DNA of 64,000 nt from Tubulanus polymorphus (taxonomy: Eukaryota > Animalia > Nemertea). Under the pieces are notes generated by a model. The model was not told where the DNA came from and ran no database searches. It saw only the letters and a program-made list of their open reading frames with translations. Location of the stretch: NCBI RefSeq assembly GCF_964204645.1, contig NW_027437460.1, forward strand, positions 1 through 64,000. Direction: 5' to 3'. A program made the translations under genes and the position numbers. This document shows positions 53,501 to 64,000 of this stretch, piece by piece (position 1 is the stretch's first letter; each line of letters opens with the position of its first letter).

Positions 53501-56500
53501 AACCCATCTACTCGAAATCAGTTCAGTTTACCTTAACCTATCATTTGAGATCGAATCCATCATCTTCAGGAGCATTTAGTAGCCAGAAAATTCTTAAACT
53601 TTCCACCTATCTATTTCAAATCAGTTCAATACGCCTAAACCCATCTTTTCAGATTGAATCCATCATCTTCAGAAGCAAAAGCAGCCAGAAAATTCTGAAT
53701 CTTTCAAACAGTCTATTCAAAATCAGTTCAGTACACCCTAACCCACCAATTAAGATAGAATTCATCATCTTTAGGACCATATTTAGCTAGAAAAATCTGT
53801 ATCTTTCAACCGATCTACTCGAAATCAGTTCAGTTTACCTTAACCTATCATTTCAGATCGAATCCATCATCTTCAGGAGCAAAAAGTAGCTAGAAAATTA
53901 TTAATCTTTCCACCTATCTATTTCAAATCAGTTCAATACGCCTAAACCCATCTTTTCAGATTGAAAGCATCATCTTCAGAAGCAAAAGCAGCCAGAAAAT
54001 TCTGAATCTTTCAAACAGTCTATTGAAAATCAGTTCAGTACACCCTAACCCACCAATTAAGATAGAATTCATCATCTTTAGGACCATATTTAGCTAGAAA
54101 AATCTGTATCTTTCAACCCATCAACTCGAAATCAGTTCAGTTTACCTTAACCTATCATTTCAGATTGAATCTATCATCTTCAGGAGCAAAAGTAGCTAGA
54201 AAATTCGTAATCTTTCCACCTATCTATTTGAAATCAGTTCAATACGCCTAAACCCATCTTTTCAGATTGAATCCATCATCTTCAGAAGCAAAAGCAGCCA
54301 GAAAATTCTGAATCTTTCAAACAGTCTATTGAAAATCAGTTCAGTACTCCCTAACCCACCAATTAAGATAGAATTCATCATCTTTAGGACCATATTTAGC
54401 TAGAAAAATCTGTATCTTTCAACCCATCTACTCGAAATCAGTTCAGTTTACCTTAACCTATCATTTCAGATCGAATTCATCATCTTCAGGAGCATTTAGT
54501 AGCCAGAAAATTCTTAATATTTCCACCTATCTATTTCAAATCAGTTCAATACGCCTAAACCCATCTTTTCAGATTGAAACCATCATCTTCAGAAGCAAAA
54601 GCAGCCAGAAAATTCTGAATCTTTCAAACAGTCTATTGAAAATCAGTTCAGTACACCCTAACCCACCAATTAAGATAGAATTCATCATCTTTAGGACCAT
54701 ATTTAGCTAGAAAAATCTGTATCTTTCAACCCATCTACTCGACATCAGTTTAGTTTACCTTAACCTATCATTTCAGATCGAATCCATCATCTTCAGGAGC
54801 ATTTAGTAGCCAGAAAATTCTTAATCTTTCCACCTATCTATTTCAAATCAGTTCAATACGCCTAAACCCATCTTTTCAGATTGAATCCATCATCTTCAGA
54901 AGCAAAAGAAGCCAGAAAATTCTGAGTCTTTCAAACAGTCTATTGAAAATCAGTTCAGTACACCCTAACCCACCAATTAAGATAGAATTCATCATCTTTA
55001 GGACCATATTTAGCTAGAAAAATCTGTATCTTTCAACCCATCTACTCGAAATCAGTTGAGTTTACCTTAACCTATCATTTCAGATCGAATCTATCATCTT
55101 CAGGAGCAAAAGTAGCTAGAAAATTCTTAATCTTTCCACCTATCTATTTCAAATCAGTTCAATACGCCTAAACCCATCTTTTCAGATTGAAACCATCATC
55201 TTCAGAAGCAAAAGCAGCCAGAAAATTCTGAATCTTTCAAACAGTCTATTGAAAATCAGTTCATTACACCCTAACCCACCAATTAAGATAGAATTCATCA
55301 TCTTTAGGACCATATTTAGCTAGAAAAATCTGTATCTTTCAACCCATCTACTCGAAATCAGTTCAGTTTACCTTAACCTATCATTTCAGATTGAATCTAT
55401 CATCTTCAGGAGCAAAAGTAGCTAGAAAATTCTTAATCTTTCCACCTATCTATTTCAAATCAGTTCAATACGCCTAAACCCATCTTTTCAGATTGAATCC
55501 ATCATCTTCAGAAGCAAAAGCAGCCAGAAAATTCTGAATCTTTCAAACAGTCTATTGAAAATCAGTTCAGTACTCCCTAACCCACCAATTAAGATAGAAT
55601 TCATCATCTTTGGGACCATATTTAGCTAGAAAAATCTGTATCTTTCAACCCATCTACTCGAAATCAGTTTAGTTTACCTTAACCTAGCATTTGAGATCGA
55701 ATCCATCATCTTTAGGAGCAAAAGTAGCAAGAAAATTCTTAATCTTTCCACCTATCTATTTCAAATCAGTTCAATACGCCAAAAACTATCTTTTCAGATT
55801 GAATCCATCACCTTCAGAAGCAAAAGAAGCCAGAAAATTCTGAATCTTTCAAACAGTCTATTGAAAATCAGTTCAGTACACCCTAACCCACCAATTAAGA
55901 TAGAATTCATCATCTTTAGGACCATATTTAGCTAGAAAAATCTGTATCTTTCAACCCATCTACTCGAAATCAGTTCAGTTTACCTTAACCTATCATTTCA
56001 GATCGAATTCATCATCTTCAGGAGCATTTAGTAGCCAGAAAATTCTTAATCTTTCCACCTATCTATTTCAAATCAGTTCAATACGCCTAAACCCATCTTT
56101 TCAGATTGAAACCATCATCTTCAGAAGCAAAAGCAGCCAGAAAATTCTGAATCTTTCAAACAGTCTATTGAAAATCAGTTCAGTACACCCTAACCCACCA
56201 ATTAAGATAGAATTCATCATCTTTAGGACCATATTTAGCTAGAAAAATCTGTATCTTTCAACCCATCTACTCGAAATCAGTTCAGTTTACCTTAACCTAT
56301 CATTTCAGATCGAATCCATCCTCTTCAGGAGCAAAAAGTAGCTAGAAAATTCTTAATCTTTTCACCTATCTATTTCAAAGCAGTTCAATACGCCTAAACC
56401 CATCTTTTCAGATTGAAAGCATCATCTTCAGAAGCAAAAGCAGCCAGAAAATTCTGAATCTTTCAAACAGTCTATTGAAAATCAGTTCAGTACACCCTAA

Positions 56501-59500
56501 CCCACCAATTAAGATAGAATTCATCATCTTTAGGACCATATTTAGCTAGAAAAATCTGTATCTTTCAACCCATCTACTCGACATCAGTTTAGTTTACCTT
56601 AACCTATCATTTCAGATCGAATCCATCATCTTCAGGAGCATTTAGTAGCCAGAAAATTCTTAATCTTTCCACCTATCTATTTCAAATCAGTTCAATACGC
56701 CTAAACCCATCTTTTCAGATTGAATCCATCATCTTCAGAAGCAAAAGAAGCCAGAAAATTCTGAGTCTTTCAAACAGTCTATTGAAAATCAGTTCAGTAC
56801 ACCCTAACCCACCAATTAAGATAGAATTCATCATCTTTAGGACCATATTTAGCTAGAAAAATCTGTATCTTTCAACCCATCTACTCGAAATCAGTTCAGT
56901 TTACCTTAACCTATCATTTGAGATCGAATCCATCATCTTCAGGAGCATTTAGTAGCCAGAAAATTCTTAAACTTTCCACCTATCTATTTCAAATCAGTTC
57001 AATACGCCTAAACCCATCTTTTCAGATTGAATCCATCATCTTCAGAAGCAAAAGCAGCCAGAAAATTCTGAATCTTTCAAACAGTCTATTCAAAATCAGT
57101 TCAGTACACCCTAACCCACCAATTAAGATAGAATTCATCATCTTTGGGACCATATTTAGCTAGAAAAATCTGTATCTTTCAACCCATCTACTCGAAATCA
57201 GTTTAGTTTACCTTAACCTAGCATTTGAGATCGAATCCATCATCTTTAGGAGCAAAAGTAGCAAGAAAATTCTTAATCTTTCCACCTATCTATTTCAAAT
57301 CAGTTCAATACGCCAAAAACTATCTTTTCAGATTGAATCCATCATCTTCAGAAGCAAAAGCAGCCAGAAAATTCTGAATCTTTCAAACAGTCTATTGAAA
57401 ATCAGTTCAGTACTCCCTAACCCACCAATTAAGATAGAATTCATCATCTTTGGGACCATATTTAGCTAGAAAAATCTGTATCTTTCAACCCATCTACTCG
57501 AAATCAGTTTAGTTTACCTTAACCTAGCATTTGAGATCGAATCCATCATCTTTAGGAGCAAAAGTAGTAAGAAAATTCTTAATCTTTCCACCTATCTATT
57601 TCAAATCAGTTCAATACGCCAAAAACTATCTTTTCAGATTGAATCCATCACCTTCAGAAGCAAAAGAAGCCAGAAAATTCTGAATCTTTCAAACAGTCTA
57701 TTGAAAATCAGTTCAGTACACCCTAACCCACCAATTAAGATAGAATTCATCATCTTTAGGACCATATTTAGCTAGAAAAATCTGTATCTTTCAACCCATC
57801 TACTCGAAATCAGTTCAGTTTACCTTAACCTATCATTTCAGATCGAATTCATCATCTTCAGGAGCATTTAGTAGCCAGAAAATTCTTAATCTTTCCACCT
57901 ATCTATTTCAAATCAGTTCAATACGCCTAAACCCATCTTTTCAGATTGAAACCATCATCTTCAGAAGCAAAAGCAGCCAGAAAATTCTGAATCTTTCAAA
58001 CAGTCTATTGAAAATCAGTTCAGTACACCCTAACCCACCAATTAAGATAGAATTCATCATCTTTAGGACCATATTTAGCTAGAAAAATCTGTATCTTTCA
58101 ACCCATCTACTCGAAATCAGTTCAGTTTACCTTAACCTATCATTTCAGATCGAATCCATCCTCTTCAGGAGCAAAAAGTAGCTAGAAAATTCTTAATCTT
58201 TCCACCTATCTATTTCAAAGCAGTTCAATACGCCTAAACCCATCTTTTCAGATTGAAAGCATCATCTTCAGAAGCAAAAGCAGCCAGAAAATTCTGAATC
58301 TTTCAAACAGTCTATTGAAAATCAGTTCAGTACACCCTAACCCACCAATTAAGATAGAATTCATCATCTTTAGGACCATATTTAGCTAGAAAAATCTGTA
58401 TCTTTCAACCCATCTACTCGAAATCAGTTCAGTTTACCTTAACCTATCATTTCAGATTGAATCTATCATCTTCAGGAGCAAAAGTAGCTAGAAAATTCTT
58501 AATTTTTCCACCTATCTATTTCAAATCAGTTCAATACGCCTAAACCCATCTTTTCAGATTGAATCCATCATCTTCAGAAGCAAAAGCAGCCAGAAAATTC
58601 TGAATCTTTCAAACAGTCTATTGAAAATCAGTTCAGTACACCCTAACCCACCAATTAAGATAGAATTCATCATCTTTAGGACCATATTTAGCTAGAAAAA
58701 TCTGTATCTTTCAACCCATCTACTCGAAATCAGTTCAGTTTACCTTAACCTATCATTTCAGATCGAATCCATCATCTTCAGGAGCATTTAGTAGCCAGAA
58801 AATTCTTAATCTTTCCACCTATCTATTTCAAATCAGTTCAATACGCCTAAACCCATCTTTTCAGATTGAATCCATCATCTTCAGAAGCAAAAGCAGCCAG
58901 AAAATCCTGAATCTTTCAAACAGTCTATTGAAAATCAGTTCAGTACACCCTAACCCACCAATTAAGATAGAATTCATCATCTTTAGGACCATATTTAGCT
59001 AGAAAAATCTGTATCTTTCAACCGATCTACTCGAAATCAGTTCACTTTACCTTAACCAATCATTTCAGATCGAATCCATCATCTTCAGGAGCAAAAGTAG
59101 CTAGAAAATTCTTAATCTTTCCACCTATCTATTTGAAATCAGTTCAATACGCCTAAACCCATCTTTTCAGATTGAATCCATCATCTTCAGAAGCAAAAGC
59201 AGCCAGAAAATTCTGAATCTTTCAAACAGTCTATTGAAAATCAGTTCAGTACACCCTAACCCACCAATTAAGATAGATTCATCATCTTTAGGACCATATT
59301 TAGCTAGAAAAATCTGTATCTTTCAACCCATCTACTCGAAATCAGTTCAGTTTACCTTAACCTATCATTTCAGATCGAATCCATCATCTTCAGGAGCATT
59401 TAGTAGCCAGAAAATTCTTAATCTTTCCACCTATCTATTTCAAATCAGTTCAATACGCCTAAACCCATCTTTTCAGATTGAATCCATCATCTTCAGAAGC

Positions 59501-62500
59501 AAAAGCAGCCAGAAAATTCTGAATCTTTCAAACAGTCTATTGAAAATCAGTTCAGTACACCCTAACCCACCAATTAAGATAGAATTCATCATCTTTAGGA
59601 CCATATTTAGCTAGAAAAATCTGTATCTTTCAACCGATCTACTCGAAATCAGTTCAATTTACCTTAACCAATCATTTCAGATCGAATCCATCATCTTCAG
59701 GAGCAAAAAGTAGCTAGAAAATTCTTAATCTTTCCACCTATCTATTTCAAATCAGTTCAATATGCCTAAACCCATCTTTTCAGATTGAATCCATCATCTT
59801 CAGAAGCAAAAGCAGCCAGAAAATCCTGAATCTTTCAAACAGTCTATTCAAAATCAGTTCAGTACACCCTAACACACCAATTAAGATAGAATTCATCATC
59901 TTTAGGACCATATTTAGCTAGAAAAATCTGTATCTTTCAACCCATCTACTCGAAATCAGTTCAGTTTACCTTAACCTATCATTTCAGATCGAATCCATCA
60001 TCTTCAGGAGCATTTAGTAGCCAGAAAATTCTTAATCTTTCCACCTATCTATTTCAAATCAGTTCAATACGCCTAAACCCATCTTTTCGGATTGAAAGCA
60101 TCATCTTCAGAAGCAAAAGCAGCCAGAAAATTCTGAATCTTTCAAACAGTCTATTGAAAATCAGTTCAGTACACCCTAACCCACCAATTAAGATAGAATT
60201 CATCATCTTTAGGACCATATTTAGCTAGAAAAATCTGTATCTTTCAACCGATCTACTCGAAATCAGTTCAGTTTACCTTAACCTATCATTTGAGATCGAA
60301 TCCATCATCTTCAGAAGCAAAAGCAGCCAGAAAATTCTGAATCTTTCAAACAGTCTATTGAAAATCAGTTCAGTACTCCCTAACCCACCAATTAAGATAG
60401 AATTCATCATCTTTAGGACCATATTTAGCTAGAAAAATCTGTATCTTTCAACCCATCTACTCGAAATCAGTTCAGTTTACCTTAACCTATCATTTCAGAT
60501 CGAATTCATCATCTTCAGGAGCATTTAGTAGCCAGAAAATTCTTAATCTTTCCACCTATCTATTTCAAATCAGTTCAATACGCCTAAACCCATCTTTTCG
60601 GATTGAAAGCATCATCTTCAGAAGCAAAAGCAGCCAGAAAATTCTGAATCTTTCAAACAGTCTATTGAAAATCAGTTCAGTACACCCTAACCCACCAATT
60701 AAGATAGAATTCATCATCTTTAGGACCATATTTAGCTAGAAAAATCTGTATCTTTCAACCGATCTACTCGAAATCAGTTCAGTTTACCTTAACCTATCAT
60801 TTGAGATCGAATCCATCATCTTCAGAAGCAAAAGCAGCCAGAAAATTCTGAATCTTTCAAACAGTCTATTGAAAATCAGTTCAGTACTCCCTAACCCACC
60901 AATTAAGATAGAATTCATCATCTTTAGGACCATATTTAGCTAGAAAAATCTGTATCTTTCAACCCATCTACTCGAAATCAGTTCAGTTTACCTTAACCTA
61001 TCATTTCAGATCGAATTCATCATCTTCAGGAGCATTTAGTAGCCAGAAAATTCTTAATCTTTCCACCTATCTATTTCAAATCAGTTCAATACGCCTAAAC
61101 CCATCTTTTCAGATTGAATCCATCATCTTCAGAAGCAAAAGAAGCCAGAAAATTCTGAATCTTTCAAACAGTCTATTGAAAATCAGTTCAGTACTCCCTA
61201 ACCCACCAATTAAGATAGAATTCATCATCTTTAGGACCATATTTAGCTAGAAAAATCTGTATCTTTCAACCCATCTACTCGAAATCAGTTCAGTTTACCT
61301 TAACCTATCATTTCAGATCGAATTCATCATCTTCAGGAGCATTTAGTAGCCAGAAAATTCTTAATCTTTCCACCTATCTATTTCAAATCAGTTCAATACG
61401 CCTAAACCCATCTTTTCAGATTGAATCCATCATCTTCAGAAGCAAAAGAAGCCAGAAAATTCTGAATCTTTCAAACAGTCTATTGAAAATCAGTTCAGTA
61501 CACCCTAACCCACCAATTAAGATAGAATTCATCATCTTTAGGACCATATTTAGCTAGAAAAATCTGTATCTTTCAACCCATCTACTCGAAATCAGTTCAG
61601 TTTACCTTAACCTATCATTTCAGATCGAATCCATCATCTTCAGGAGCATGTAGTAGCCAGAAAATTCTTAATCTTTCCACCTATCTATTTCAAATCAGTT
61701 CAATACGCCTAAACCCATCTTTTCAGATTGAATCCATCATCTTCAGAAGCAAAAGCAGCCAGAAAATTCTGAATCTTTCAAACAGTCTATTGAAAATCAG
61801 TTCAGTACTCCCTAACCCACCAATTAAGATAGAATTCATCATCTTTGGGACCATATTTAGCTAGAAAAATCTGTATCTTTCAACCCATCTACTCGAAATC
61901 AGTTTAGTTTACCTTAACCTAGCATTTGAGATCGAATCCATCATCTTTAGGAGCAAAAGTAGCAAGAAAATTCTTAATCTTTCCACCTATCTATTTCAAA
62001 TCAGTTCAATACGCCAAAAACTATCTTTTATAGATTGAATCCATCACCTTCAGAAGCAAAAGAAGCCAGAAAATTCTGAATCTTTCAAACAGTCTATTGA
62101 AAATCAGTTCAGTACACCCTAACCCACCAATTAAGATAGAATTCATCATCTTTAGGACCATATTTAGCTAGAAAAATCTGTATCTTTCAACCCATCTACT
62201 CGAAATCAGTTCAGTTTACCTTAACCTATCATTTCAGATCGAATTCATCATCTTCAGGAGCATTTAGTAGCCAGAAAATTCTTAATCTTTCCACCTATCT
62301 ATTTCAAATCAGTTCAATACGCCTAAACCCATCTTTTCAGATTGAATCCATCATCTTCAGAAGCAAAAGCAGCCAGAAAATTCTGAATCTTTCAAACAGT
62401 CTATTGAAAATCAGTTCAGTACACCCTAACCCACCAATTAAGATAGAATTCATCATCTTTAGGACCATATTTAGCTAGAAAAATCTGTATCTTTCAACCC

Positions 62501-64000
62501 ATCTACTCGAAATCAGTTCAGTTTACCTTAACCTATCATTTCAGATCGAATCCATCCTCTTCAGGAGCAAAAAGTAGCTAGAAAATTCTTAATCTTTCCA
62601 CCTATCTATTTCAAAGCAGTTCAATACGCCTAAACCCATCTTTTCAGATTGAAAGCATCATCTTCAGAAGCAAAAGCAGCCAGAAAATTCTGAATCTTTC
62701 AAACAGTCTATTGAAAATCAGTTCAGTACACCCTAACCCACCAATTAAGATAGATTCATCATCTTTAGGACCATATTTAGCTAGAAAAATCTGTATCTTT
62801 CAACCCATCTACTCGAAATCAGTTCAGTTTACCTTAACCTATCATTTCAGATCGAATCCATCATCTTCAGGAGCAAAAAGTAGCTAGAAAATTCTTAATC
62901 TTTCCACCTATCTATTTCAAATCAGTTCAATACGCCTAAACCCATCTTTTCAGATTGAATCCATCATCTTCAGAAGCAAAAGCAGCCAGAAAATTCTGAA
63001 TCTTTCAAACAGTCTATTGAAAATCAGTTCAGTACACCCAAACCCACCAATTAAGATAGAATTCATCATCTTTAGGACCATATTTAGCTAGAAAAATCTG
63101 TATCTTTCAACCGATCTACTCGAAATCAGTTCAGTTTACCTTAACCTATCATTTCAGATCGAATCCATCATCTTCAGAAGCAAAAGCAGCCAGAAAATTC
63201 TGAATCTTTCAAACAGTCTATTGAAAATCAGTTCAGTACTCCCTAACCCACCAATTAAGATAGAATTCATCATCTTTAGGACCATATTTAGCTAGAAAAA
63301 TCTGTATCTTTCAACCCATCTACTCGAAATCAGTTCAGTTTACCTTAACCTATCATTTCAGATCGAATTCATCATCTTCAGGAGCATTTAGTAGCCAGAA
63401 AATTCTTAATCTTTCCACCTATCTATTTCAAATCAGTTCAATACGCCTAAACCCATCTTTTCAGATTGAATCCATCATCTTCAGAAGCAAAAGCAGCCAG
63501 AAAATTCTGAATCTTTCAAACAGTCTATTGAAAATCAGTTCAGTACTCCCTAACCCACCAATTAAGATAGAATTCATCATCTTTAGGACCATATTTAGCT
63601 AGAAAAATCTGTATCTTTCAACCCATCTACTCGAAATCAGTTCAGTTTACCTTAACCTATCATTTCAGATCGAATTCATCATCTTCAGGAGCATTTAGTA
63701 GCCAGAAAATTCTTAATCTTTCCACCTATCTATTTCAAATCAGTTCAATACGCCTAAACCCATCTTTTCAGATTGAATCCATCATCTTCAGAAGCAAAAG
63801 AAGCCAGAAAATTCTGAATCTTTCAAACAGTCTATTGAAAATCAGTTCAGTACAACCTAACCCACCAATTAAGATAGAATTCATCATCTTTAGGACCATA
63901 TTTAGCTAGAAAAATCTGTATCTTTCAACCCATCTACTCGAAATCAGTTTAGTTTACCTTAACCTAGCATTTGAGATCGAATCCATCATCTTTAGGAGCA
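11556..64000. repeat. Subtelomeric 306-bp satellite, proximal block of about 171 monomers, running off the window end
   Basis: Same A-B-C monomer, head-to-tail in a single orientation, resuming in register after the TSD. Only SNPs, 1-bp indels and a few subunit-level rearrangements are seen. Confidence 0.99.

Noticed and set aside
3630-59614. Repeated 75-126 aa ORFs (MKISSV..., MRSNPS...)
   Set aside because: They are satellite translations starting at TTG that appear or vanish with 1-bp indels, with no domain or coding signature.
2799-64000. CRISPR-like or information-storing array
   Set aside because: There are no unique spacers. Variation is limited to SNPs and indels of one monomer, in a eukaryotic telomeric context.

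Overview
This window is a left chromosome end of a eukaryote with TTAGGG telomeres, probably an animal. In order from the tip: (i) about 1.64 kb of (CCCTAA)n telomere (1-1638). (ii) A 5'-truncated Penelope-like retroelement (PLE, 1639-2798) whose surviving frame is uninterrupted. It encodes an RT thumb, a Neptune-type Cys linker and a GIY-YIG endonuclease with its catalytic residues present. It is capped directly by telomeric repeats at its truncated 5' end and ends in a hairpin plus a short CCCTAA tract at its 3' end. This is the terminal geometry known for endonuclease-LESS Athena/Coprina PLEs, but here the element carries an endonuclease. (iii) A subtelomeric satellite of about 58 kb with a 306-bp monomer built from three 102-bp subunits, each carrying a telomere-like motif. 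It shows visible higher-order variant patterns and reciprocal unequal-exchange products. (iv) A single 3,308-bp CAC...GTG DNA transposon (8248-11555) with a 4-bp TSD (TAAC), consistent with a non-autonomous Chapaev/CMC element, inserted inside the satellite's CCCTAACCC motif. No ordinary host gene is present. Nearly all entries in the supplied ORF track are repeat artefacts.
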